From an uncultured bacterium (GTDB taxonomy: Bacteria; Muiribacteriota; Ozemobacteria; Ozemobacterales; Ozemobacteraceae), in contig ONIU01000004.1 in the NCBI GenBank assembly GCA_900317935.1, forward strand, positions 2,139 to 66,138: a stretch of 64,000 nt of DNA. Reading direction: 5' to 3'. Position numbers and translations under genes: made by a program. Shown in pieces: positions 18,702 through 27,064 of the stretch (the first letter of the stretch is position 1; every line of letters starts with the position of its first letter). The notes below the pieces were generated by a model. It saw only the letters and a program-made list of their open reading frames with translations. It ran no database searches and was not told the DNA's origin.

Positions 18702-20182
18702 TGAAAACATTGTTCTTTGAATGCAAAATGGGTGCCGCTGGAGATATGCTGGCAGCAGCCTTATTAGAACTTCATCCAGAACCAGAAAAGATAATTAAAC
18801 AATTAAACAAAATTGGTCTGCCAAATGTAGAGTTTAAATTAGAACCTTCTATTAAGTGCGGAATATCTGGGAAACATTTTTCTGTCAGAGTTGGCGGGCA
18901 CGAGGAACAAAGCTGTGATATTCATCATGACCACGAAAATCATTGCCATCATCACGACCATTGTAGTGAACATAGCCATGAATTTTGCTCAGAAAAAGAA
19001 GAACATCATCATGACCATGATGAGCACTGTCACCATCATGAGCATCATCATGAAGATTGCCATGACCACGATGAACACTGCCATCATCATGACCATTGCC
19101 ATGAACATAATCATGAATTCTGTCATGATCATCATGAACATGAACACCACCATGAGCATTGTGAAGCCCATCATCATGACCATGAACACCATCATGAGCA
19201 TTGCGAAGCCCATCATCATGACCATGAACACCACCATGAACATCATGGCTTACATGATATAGAACATCTTGTTATGGACCATCTGAATATCTCTGAAGAA
19301 GTTAAAAATGATGTCATTGAGGTCTATAAAATCATAGCAGATGCAGAAAGCAAAGTTCACGGAGTTCCAGTAAATCAGATTCATTTTCATGAAGTAGGTA
19401 GTATTGATGCTGTTGCTGATATTACTGCTGTCTGTTTGTTGATAAACGAATTGAAGCCGGACAAAATACTTGCTTCTCCAATTCATGTCGGTAGTGGACA
19501 AGTAAGATGTGCACATGGAATATTGCCTGTTCCTGCTCCAGCAACCGCTTTGATTTTGAAAGATATACCCATTTATGGTGGCGCAGTAGATGGAGAACTC
19601 TGTACACCCACTGGTGCAGCACTTCTCAAGCACTTTGTTTCTTCTTTTGGAAACCAGCCTGTTATGCGTGTGGAAAAAATAGGTTATGGTATGGGTAAAA
19701 AAGATTTTGTTCAAGCTAATTGTGTTAGAGCAATGCTCGGCGAAACAGAAGAAAATGTTGATGAAGTTGTCGAACTTTACTGCAACCTTGATGACATGTC
19801 TCCTGAAGAAATCGGCTTTGCAATGGAAAGACTCTTTGAAGCTGGAGCATTTGAAGTCTATACTACTCCTATTGGTATGAAGAAAAATAGACCAGGAATC
19901 CTACTTAGCTGTATGTGTAAACTAGAACTGCGTCAACAGATGCTGAATGTAATTTTCAAGCATACCTCTACAATTGGAGTTAGAGAACATATCTCCAATA
20001 GATATATTCTCAATAGAAGCTTTAATACTATCTCTGCTGATGGTCAGAATATTAGAGTTAAAAACGTAACCGGTTATGGTGTCGATAGAGAAAAGGTTGA
20101 GTATGAAGATTTGGCTTCTTATGCCATAAAGAATAATATTTCTTTAAGAGAAGCAAGAAGAAGAATCATGAACTCTAAATAA
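18701..20182 (+). CDS. larC: nickel insertion protein LarC (DUF111 family) with greatly expanded His/Cys-rich insert
   Basis: MKTLFFECKMGAAGDMLAAALLEL, HFHEVGSIDAVADI, and C-terminal TTPIGMKKNRPG...STIGVRE. The start overlaps the larB stop (TAATG). Confidence 0.88.
   Translation: MKTLFFECKMGAAGDMLAAALLELHPEPEKIIKQLNKIGLPNVEFKLEPSIKCGISGKHFSVRVGGHEEQSCDIHHDHENHCHHHDHCSEHSHEFCSEKEEHHHDHDEHCHHHEHHHEDCHDHDEHCHHHDHCHEHNHEFCHDHHEHEHHHEHCEAHHHDHEHHHEHCEAHHHDHEHHHEHHGLHDIEHLVMDHLNISEEVKNDVIEVYKIIADAESKVHGVPVNQIHFHEVGSIDAVADITAVCLLINELKPDKILASPIHVGSGQVRCAHGILPVPAPATALILKDIPIYGGAVDGELCTPTGAALLKHFVSSFGNQPVMRVEKIGYGMGKKDFVQANCVRAMLGETEENVDEVVELYCNLDDMSPEEIGFAMERLFEAGAFEVYTTPIGMKKNRPGILLSCMCKLELRQQMLNVIFKHTSTIGVREHISNRYILNRSFNTISADGQNIRVKNVTGYGVDREKVEYEDLASYAIKNNISLREARRRIMNSK
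19142..19246 (+). repeat. 42-nt in-frame tandem repeat (2.5 units) inside larC
   Basis: Units at 19142-19183 and 19184-19225 differ at 3 synonymous sites and encode EHHHEHCEAHHHDH twice. Partial third unit at 19226-19246. Confidence 0.9.
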
Positions 20183-20221
20183 AATATTGTAAAAAGACAT
20201 AAAATGTAGTTAGATATATAC

Positions 20222-20974
20222 ATGAGTAATGAAGAGCAAAACCTAATTCCTGAATGTTTTCGACAATTTGAGAAGTTTACTGGTGCCATTTTTAAAGATG
20301 GTAAAATCCTTTTTCCTCATTATTCAACTTTTCTTCTTGTTTTACAGACGATTTTAGGTTTTATACTAATAAGCCTGATTATTTATTTGCTGTATAAACT
20401 CGGTTTATTATTGAATGGTTTTTGTTTTGGTTTTCTCGTTTCTCTTTTTTTGATTCTGGATATAATATGCTCTGTAAATATTAGCATTTATACAGTTATT
20501 GATTATAAAGACAATCAATTGTATAAAGAACTAAGTTTTTTTGGCAAAGAATTGTTTACTTTTGGTTACGTTGAAGTGAAGGATATCCTGCAGGTCAGTA
20601 ATAACGTCATTGCACAGGTTATTAATCCAGAAGGAAAGAATAATCGAGTTAAACCAAATCCTAGAACTAATCTGTTTCATAAGTATGTAGTTAGCTTTCT
20701 TGTTAATAATGGTGATGTTATAAATTTTCTTGAACTTGGCGCATATGATGAATACTATGAAGTTAGCAAGAATCTTGCGAAAGCTATTTCTCAGTATTGG
20801 GGTATTCCCTTGATTGTTTGCGGCGATAACCAGAAAATTTATGTTACAGGCCAAGAAGAACGTTACCATCTAGCTTTGGAAGGTATTCCCTATTCATATT
20901 CAAGAAGTGTTTTTATTACATTAAGCGTTCTTGTAATTATTGTTGTTTTTGGAATTTCGTTTTTTACAAAATAA
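20222..20974 (+). CDS. hypothetical membrane protein
   Basis: 250 aa with two N-terminal TM segments and one C-terminal TM. No family recognised. Confidence 0.55.
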   Translation: MSNEEQNLIPECFRQFEKFTGAIFKDGKILFPHYSTFLLVLQTILGFILISLIIYLLYKLGLLLNGFCFGFLVSLFLILDIICSVNISIYTVIDYKDNQLYKELSFFGKELFTFGYVEVKDILQVSNNVIAQVINPEGKNNRVKPNPRTNLFHKYVVSFLVNNGDVINFLELGAYDEYYEVSKNLAKAISQYWGIPLIVCGDNQKIYVTGQEERYHLALEGIPYSYSRSVFITLSVLVIIVVFGISFFTK

Positions 20975-21001
20975 TTTATGGTTTTATCTGGCGTATAAAT
21001 A

Positions 21002-21826
21002 ATGGATTGTTTCATTGATATAAATGATTTTAGACTTCTGATACCGTTAGAGTTTATTAAGGTAAAAGAAGATTTGATTGAGAGTATTAAAACTCGCGGA
21101 ATTATTTCTCCTGTTGTTGTTGCTGACGGCATGGTTTGCGATGGTCATAAACGTGTAGCTGCCTGTATTCGATTAGGAATCAAAAGACTTCCTGTTGTTT
21201 ATGCTAATGGAAATCCTGCCGAATTGCTTTTTGAGTTAAACGATAGAGAATTCTGCATAAACGAAATCGCTCTTCTCTGCAAAAATATTTCAGATAAACA
21301 AATTGCTGATATATGCAAAAAGGCTGGCCTTTCAAATTCCCCTCAAATGGTTTTTGCTGTTAAATATTTATCTGGTTTATTAGAAAAAGCTCCAGAGCTT
21401 TATTCTTATGAATTACCGGCTAATATATGGCGTGAGCTTGGGCATTTAGGCGAGAATATAGACAAATACGCAAAAGATTTGCTAGAAATGCAGGGTACCG
21501 TCAGCGAAAAACGCAATATTGCATCTTTCTTGAGACAGGCACAAAGAAGAGGGGAACTGCTTGATTCTATTAAAGCAGAGAAAACTGTTGAGATTCTTCC
21601 TTTATTACAAAAAACAGCACAGCCTAGAAGAACTCAGGCTTACGAAAAGTTTGAAAAAGCGGTTGAAACGATTGAATTTCCGACATCAATGAATGTTAAG
21701 ATTGACTCTACCTTTGCACAGCCTGGTGTAACAATTAATATGTCAATAACTCGCAGCGAGTTAAGTAGACTGGATGATGCTAAGACCGCTTTGGAAAAAC
21801 TTTTTAAAGAGGTTCCGGAACTGTGA
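21002..21826 (+). CDS. ParB N-terminal-domain (ParB/Srx fold) protein
   Basis: GIISPVVVADGMVCDGHKRVAACIRLG matches the ParB/sulfiredoxin-fold DGHRR-type motif. The rest is helical and unassigned. Confidence 0.7.
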   Translation: MDCFIDINDFRLLIPLEFIKVKEDLIESIKTRGIISPVVVADGMVCDGHKRVAACIRLGIKRLPVVYANGNPAELLFELNDREFCINEIALLCKNISDKQIADICKKAGLSNSPQMVFAVKYLSGLLEKAPELYSYELPANIWRELGHLGENIDKYAKDLLEMQGTVSEKRNIASFLRQAQRRGELLDSIKAEKTVEILPLLQKTAQPRRTQAYEKFEKAVETIEFPTSMNVKIDSTFAQPGVTINMSITRSELSRLDDAKTALEKLFKEVPEL

Positions 21827-22896
21827 CCAGGTTATTTTATGAAAACCTTTATATAGACAGAGATGTGGTTGATGACCCTCTCGTTTTAAGTATTAAAAGC
21901 AAAATAGATTATAAAAATGAAGCTATAGTTGATGGGGAACTTCACCCTGGTAACGGTTTGCTGCTAGCAAAGAACAAAGGTAAGTTTATAAAAGTCTGCC
22001 CATGCAGATGTGAGAAAACCTGGTGCGGTTACTGGGTAGTAGAGTGGGGGTTCGGCTGCCCATTCGAATGTGAGTATTGCATTGTTCAGAATTATCAGCG
22101 TGCTGGTGATGCTACACTTTATGTGAATTTTGATGACTGCCGCCGTGAAATCGAAGATTTGCGCAAGAATGTCAAAGGTGCTATAAGACTAGGAACAGGT
22201 CATTTTGGCGACCCTATGGGTTTTGAAGAAATATATCCGCTTAATCAGGCAATAATTGAATGGACAAAAGATATGCCTGACTTTACTGTTGAAGTAAAAA
22301 CTAAGAGTAATTATATAGCTCCGATTTTGAAGCTTCATAATGCTAAAAATCTGACAATGGCTTACTCTCTTAATACTATTGAATCTGCTAATGCATTAGA
22401 ACATAGAACCGCTTCTATAGAAGAAAGGCTGGCGGCCGCTAGAGATGCTGCAAAGGCTTCTAACTGTAATCTGGCTTTTCATTTCGAGCCCATAATTCCT
22501 GTAAAGGACTGGAAAAGAAAATATATTGAAGTATTTGAACTGATGAACAAGTATCTGGAAGGGTTAGAAATCAGTTGGATATCACTGGGGACTTTCCGGT
22601 TCCCAAAAGGTTTTCAGGAATATGTTGAACTTTATCATCCCAATACGGGCATTTTTGCAGAAGAATTCTACCCCTGTTCTGATGGAAAGATAAGGTATTT
22701 CAGGCCACTTCGGGAAGAATTATATACTTTTATAAGAAATGAAGCTCTTAAAAGGTATCCGGATGTTGTTGTATATATGTGTATGGAATCTCCCGATGTC
22801 TGGGAAAGAATTGTCGGCCATAAAATGAAACCATCAGAACTTTATTATCAGATGTGCCACCGCATTTCTGATATGTCTAAGCTTCGCTTAGGTTAG
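21823..22896 (+). CDS. radical SAM protein, spore-photoproduct-lyase (SplB/COG1533)-like
   Basis: GFGCPFECEYCIVQNY gives a CX3CX2C cluster in the GC...C.YC..Q context typical of SPL-family enzymes. GTG start overlaps the upstream stop (GTGA). Confidence 0.7.
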   Translation: MTRLFYENLYIDRDVVDDPLVLSIKSKIDYKNEAIVDGELHPGNGLLLAKNKGKFIKVCPCRCEKTWCGYWVVEWGFGCPFECEYCIVQNYQRAGDATLYVNFDDCRREIEDLRKNVKGAIRLGTGHFGDPMGFEEIYPLNQAIIEWTKDMPDFTVEVKTKSNYIAPILKLHNAKNLTMAYSLNTIESANALEHRTASIEERLAAARDAAKASNCNLAFHFEPIIPVKDWKRKYIEVFELMNKYLEGLEISWISLGTFRFPKGFQEYVELYHPNTGIFAEEFYPCSDGKIRYFRPLREELYTFIRNEALKRYPDVVVYMCMESPDVWERIVGHKMKPSELYYQMCHRISDMSKLRLG

Positions 22897-22905
22897 TAAA
22901 TTCAT

Positions 22906-23032
22906 AATAATGACAGTAGACGCGAAACCTTCTATTCTCCGCACAAGGCTCGTTCCCTCAAAGATTATCCGAAGGTAAAAATCTACAGAGACCGCGGAGG
23001 AGAATAAGGTTGAGCAAGCGACTGTCATTATT
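22906..23032 (+). repeat. R1 structured repeat, copy 2
   Basis: Same core as 11781-11898. Closing stem extended to 12 bp: AATAATGACAGT (22906-22917) / ACTGTCATTATT (23021-23032). Confidence 0.85.
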
Positions 23033-23188
23033 TTTAATATTATTCGCCTAGCCATTTACAGAATAAGCAATGACAAATCTGAAATACTGATTAATAACTA
23101 AAAAAGTTTGCATTTGCCCTGTAGATGTGATTGGTGTTATTTTAAGCTAAAAGCCTTAAGCTTCAAGCTTACATACAAGGTAAAAGAA

Positions 23189-24013
23189 ATGATGAGTGAA
23201 AGAACAAAAAAGATTCTGGAAAAAGAACAAGCTTATTTGGAAAAGAAAAAGAATAAAAACAGCTTGACAAATAAAGTAAGATACATTAAACTCATCGTCA
23301 CCTACGACGGAAGTGCGTTTTTCGGTTATCAGTATCAACCAGATGTTCCTACTGTTCAAGGCGAACTAGAAAGAGCATTCAAGCTGATTACAAGAGGCGA
23401 AGAAAGCAGAGCTGTAGGTGCGGGTCGGACAGATGCCGGTGTTCATGCAATAGGGCAGGTGGCATTATTCAGAACGAGATGCCCGATACCGCTTGAAAAG
23501 TTAATCATCGGAATGAACAGTGCAATCCCTGGGAGCCTCAGGATAAGCAGGGCAGAAGAAGTGGAAGAAGGCTTTCATCCTTGTTTCTCGGCTCGCGGAA
23601 AGCATTATCGATATCAGTGGAGACTAGTCGAAACTCTGTCACCCTTTTACGAAAGGTTCTATTGGCAGCTTACGAATAGACCAGATATCGAAAAAATGAA
23701 AGAAGCAGCTAAAGTATTCATTGGTGAGCATGATTTCGCAGCTTTTGCAAAATCCCCCCAGCAATACGAGAGCACTGTCAGAAATATTCTTCAGTCAGAA
23801 TTAAGCTTAAAAGAAGATATACTTCAATTTGATGTGATTGGAACCGGCTTTATGCATAATATGGTTCGAAACATGGCAAGAGCTCTATATCTGGTTGGAA
23901 CAAATCAGATGACTGCTGAAGAAATAAAAGAACTGTACTGTAATCATGATAGAAGACGCTTAGGAGCACCTGCACCTCCCGGCGGGCTGTATCTGATGAG
24001 AGTCATGTATTAA
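23189..24013 (+). CDS. truA: tRNA pseudouridine(38-40) synthase TruA
   Basis: IKLIVTYDGSAFFGYQ, GAGRTDAGVHA (catalytic Asp), GTGFMHNMVRNM. ATG 23189 is preferred over the upstream ORF-track start 23108. Confidence 0.9.
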   Translation: MMSERTKKILEKEQAYLEKKKNKNSLTNKVRYIKLIVTYDGSAFFGYQYQPDVPTVQGELERAFKLITRGEESRAVGAGRTDAGVHAIGQVALFRTRCPIPLEKLIIGMNSAIPGSLRISRAEEVEEGFHPCFSARGKHYRYQWRLVETLSPFYERFYWQLTNRPDIEKMKEAAKVFIGEHDFAAFAKSPQQYESTVRNILQSELSLKEDILQFDVIGTGFMHNMVRNMARALYLVGTNQMTAEEIKELYCNHDRRRLGAPAPPGGLYLMRVMY

Positions 24014-24032
24014 CCGAAAGGAGAAATAATCG

Positions 24033-24491
24033 GTGAAGACGTTCGAAACTAAAGAACAAAAAACGTTGCAAGTTAAAAAAGCTGAAGCAACAAGAGATTG
24101 GATTGTAGTAGACGCTAAAGATATCCCATTGGGTCGCTTAGCTTCACAGGTTGCTGCTCGTTTACGCGGCAAACACAAAGTTAACTATACTCCAAATGTT
24201 GACTGTGGTGATTTTGTTGTTGTTATCAATGCTGACAAAATCGCTTTGACTGGTGCCAAGGAAACCGATAAGAGATACTATTGGCATACTGGTTATTTAG
24301 GTGGAATTAAGTCTGTTACCTACGGTAACCTTCTTAAAGATGCTCCTGACAAAATGCTGTGGCTTGCTGTTAAGAGAATGCTTCCTCGCAACAAAATGAG
24401 AAAGAGATACCTTGGCAAGCTTAAAGTTTACGCTGGTGCTGAACATCCACATACTGCTCAGAAACCAACAGCTGTTAAACTCGATAAATAA
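24033..24491 (+). CDS. rplM: 50S ribosomal protein uL13
   Basis: WIVVDAKDIPLGRLASQVAARLRGKHK..., YYWHTGYLGG. GTG start after AAAGGAG. Confidence 0.95.
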   Translation: MKTFETKEQKTLQVKKAEATRDWIVVDAKDIPLGRLASQVAARLRGKHKVNYTPNVDCGDFVVVINADKIALTGAKETDKRYYWHTGYLGGIKSVTYGNLLKDAPDKMLWLAVKRMLPRNKMRKRYLGKLKVYAGAEHPHTAQKPTAVKLDK

Positions 24492-24508
24492 GGAAGGAGC
24501 AATAAAAA

Positions 24509-24901
24509 ATGGCAGAATTATTTTTCTGGGGAACAGGTAGAAGAAAATCCGCTACTGCTCGCGTTCGCATTTGCAAAGGCGAAGGCAAGATTATAATCAA
24601 TAAAAGACCGATTGAAGAATACTTCCCAATCGCTCTAACCCGTAAGATCGTTGTTCAGCCTCTTACCACCACTGAAACTCTTGGCAAGTTTGATATTTAC
24701 GCTAATATCACTGGCGGCGGCAGCACAGGTCAGTCTGGTGCTCTTCGTCATGGTATTGCCCGTGCTCTTGTAAAATTCAACGAAGAATTCAGATCTTCTC
24801 TCAAGAAACTTGGTTACCTCACTCGTGACCCAAGAATGAAAGAACGCAAGAAATACGGTCTCAAATCTGCAAGAAGAAGACCACAGTTCTCAAAACGTTA
24901 A
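24509..24901 (+). CDS. rpsI: 30S ribosomal protein uS9
   Basis: [12 protein letters not shown]..., [20 protein letters not shown]-terminal ...RRRPQFSKR. Confidence 0.95.
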   Translation: MAELFFWGTGRRKSATARVRICKGEGKIIINKRPIEEYFPIALTRKIVVQPLTTTETLGKFDIYANITGGGSTGQSGALRHGIARALVKFNEEFRSSLKKLGYLTRDPRMKERKKYGLKSARRRPQFSKR

Positions 24902-24914
24902 TATTTTCGTTTTC

Positions 24915-24945
24915 AAAAAAACACCTCTTCGGAGGTGTTTTTTTG
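24915..24945 (+). terminator. intrinsic terminator after rpsI
   Basis: ACACCTC-TTCG-GAGGTGT (24921-24938) followed by a T-run. Confidence 0.85.
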
Positions 24946-25194
24946 TTGTCTTTTACTTCTATATTTGATTATAATATGTAGAAATGCATGATAAACTTGT
25001 TTATTAGGCAATAAGTCATTGAGATTTGTCTTTAGTAATAATGAATTTCGATAAAGGTGTAATTCTTTGATGACTGATGATGAATTCTTAGCTAAAATTC
25101 TTGAAATAGTTGTTCTTTTTATTTTAGCTATGATTTATTTTCCATAAAAGAGATTTGCTTATAAAAAGTTTATTAATAAAAGGAGTGATTACTT

Positions 25195-25587
25195 ATGGTA
25201 ACTGAACAAGAATTGATAAATCAAGCTATAGAAGCTAGTAAAAAGGCTTATGCTCCATATTCTAATTTTCATGTAGGTGCAGCTTTATTGACTGCTTCCG
25301 GTAAAGTCTTTCAGGGATGCAATGTAGAAAATGTCAGCTTTGGAGCTACAAACTGCGCTGAAAGAACTGCTATTTTTTCAGCAGTTGTAAATGGCGAAAG
25401 AGAATTTAAAAAACTTGTTATTTACGTTGATAGAGAAGAATTTACTCCTCCATGCGGAATTTGCCGCCAGGTTATCAGCGAATTTTCACATGACTTAGAA
25501 ATATTGCTTGCAAATAATAAAGGTGAAGTTAAGAGAACAAATATAAAAGAAGTTCTCCCTTTAAGCTTTGATTTTGAGATGAAATAA
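25195..25587 (+). CDS. cdd: cytidine deaminase
   Basis: 130 aa with zinc ligand motifs CAERTAIF and PCGICRQ. Confidence 0.92.
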   Translation: MVTEQELINQAIEASKKAYAPYSNFHVGAALLTASGKVFQGCNVENVSFGATNCAERTAIFSAVVNGEREFKKLVIYVDREEFTPPCGICRQVISEFSHDLEILLANNKGEVKRTNIKEVLPLSFDFEMK

Positions 25588-25588
25588 A

Positions 25589-25894
25589 ATGAGCGAAGAA
25601 CAGAGACAAGACCAAGAACAGCCTTCTTTAATCAAAAGATTGCATAATAATCCAAATGCCCAAAGGGTATTGTTTATTTTGGCTTTAATTTATATTATAA
25701 GCCCGTTTGACTTAATTCCTGGTGATTTGTTTACTCTTGGACCAGGAATGTTAGATGATTTAGCTGTATTAATAGCTGAAGTTGCTCAGTTTATGGTTTA
25801 TATGAAAAACAAAAAAGCTTCTTTTGAAAAGAAAGTTCAGGATGCAGCTATAAATCAGAATCAAAATATGAATGATAAAGAGGAAAATAAATAA
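25589..25894 (+). CDS. DUF1232 (YkvA-like) membrane protein
   Basis: ISPFDLIPGDLFTLGPGMLDDLAVLI matches the DUF1232 signature. Confidence 0.7.
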   Translation: MSEEQRQDQEQPSLIKRLHNNPNAQRVLFILALIYIISPFDLIPGDLFTLGPGMLDDLAVLIAEVAQFMVYMKNKKASFEKKVQDAAINQNQNMNDKEENK

Positions 25895-26379
25895 TGGCTA
25901 CAGCTAAAAAAGTTAGTATTAGACAGGAAGTTCAAGCAGTTGGCTTCTATTTAGGTGAAGACGAATACGCCATTTATATAAATAAAGTTCGCGAAATCGT
26001 TCCTATGACTGATATTAGAAAAATACCAAAATCACCTCAATTTGTTGAAGGTGTTATTAATATTCGTGGAAAGATTATACCTGTTCTTGATTTGCGTAAA
26101 CGTTTTGATTTAACTATTAATGAAGCTGGTAAACAAAGCTGTAAGATTTTAATCGTTGAATTGGAAAAGAATCAGGTTGGTTTGATAGTCGATAATGTTT
26201 CTGAAGTTATGAGATTCTATGCTGATGAAATTGAAAAGGCTCCGCCAATGTTCTCATCTAATATTAGTTCTCAATATATTCAAGGTGTTGCAAAAATCGA
26301 AAATAAACTGATAATTCTTCTTGATATAGAAAGATTGTTATCATTTGAAGAAAAGTCAGTATTGGAAAGAATCGGTTAA
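25894..26379 (+). CDS. cheW: chemotaxis coupling protein CheW
   Basis: 161 aa: FYLGEDEYAIYINKVREIV...PQFVEGVINIRGKIIPVLDLRKRF...VGLIVDNVSEV. Start overlaps the upstream stop (TAATG). Confidence 0.88.
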   Translation: MATAKKVSIRQEVQAVGFYLGEDEYAIYINKVREIVPMTDIRKIPKSPQFVEGVINIRGKIIPVLDLRKRFDLTINEAGKQSCKILIVELEKNQVGLIVDNVSEVMRFYADEIEKAPPMFSSNISSQYIQGVAKIENKLIILLDIERLLSFEEKSVLERIG

Positions 26380-26381
26380 TT

Positions 26382-26999
26382 ATGTCTGATACTTCAGACA
26401 AAAAGAATAAGACAGTTAAGAAAAAAGAGAGCGGCTTCGTTGCTTTATTAAAAGGAATGGGCTGCTTTTTTGTCTGCCTGTTCTTTTTTATTGCTGTAGT
26501 AACAGGAGTAGGGTTCTATTACTTTGTTCCGATCATTAGAGCTGTTGCGGCTGAAGAAAAATTGCCAGATTTTGAAGGACCAACCGAGCATGATTTCTGG
26601 AGTTTGCAGGAAAAAACTATTGCGAACGGTGAAGAATCCCAGAATACAAATAAACTTAGCTTAACAAGCGGAGAATATAATGCTATGCTTGCATCTATAC
26701 AGATTCCGCCTGTTTCAGGTTTCTGTTTGAATAGAGTTCGCCACAGTTATAAGAACAAAGAATTGCGTTATTATCTGATCGGCTCTGGCTACACATTTAG
26801 AAAACTTGTAATAAGTTTTGTCGTCTTTAAAGATGCTACAAATAGCTATCCTTCAGAAATCAGGGTAAATAGCTGGAAAGTTCCAGGTGATACTTTTAAA
26901 GAAAAGTATTTAAGGAGCATTATTACAGATGTTGCAGATGCTGATAAAACAGGGCTCTTAAAGAAAATTATTTCCGGTTCCCTCAACCCATTTGAATAA
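26382..26999 (+). CDS. hypothetical membrane-anchored protein
   Basis: 205 aa with one N-terminal TM. Its last codons contribute one arm of a hairpin with the R1 fragment at 27003. Confidence 0.55.
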   Translation: MSDTSDKKNKTVKKKESGFVALLKGMGCFFVCLFFFIAVVTGVGFYYFVPIIRAVAAEEKLPDFEGPTEHDFWSLQEKTIANGEESQNTNKLSLTSGEYNAMLASIQIPPVSGFCLNRVRHSYKNKELRYYLIGSGYTFRKLVISFVVFKDATNSYPSEIRVNSWKVPGDTFKEKYLRSIITDVADADKTGLLKKIISGSLNPFE

Positions 27000-27002
27000 A
27001 CA

Positions 27003-27022
27003 TTGAGGGAACGAGCCTTGTG
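27003..27022 (-). repeat. inverted 20-nt fragment of the R1 core
   Basis: TTGAGGGAACGAGCCTTGTG is the exact reverse complement of the R1 core CACAAGGCTCGTTCCCTCAA. Confidence 0.85.
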
Positions 27023-27064
27023 GGTAGTAATCCAGGTTAGTAGAAATATTTAAGAAGGTTAAAA

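Noticed and set aside
18891-19262. ORFs 18891-19262 (+) and 18989-19246 (-), which encode M/I/T-rich or M/F/V-rich peptides.
   Set aside because: They are alternative-frame and antisense readings of the CAT/CAC-rich His tract inside larC. Their composition is a repeat artefact, and the larC frame is continuous with conserved flanks.
25894-26379. The orphan cheW inside a cdd-DUF1232-cheW-membrane protein operon as a novel system.
   Set aside because: Stand-alone cheW genes away from che clusters are common. Nothing else in the operon points to a signalling function.
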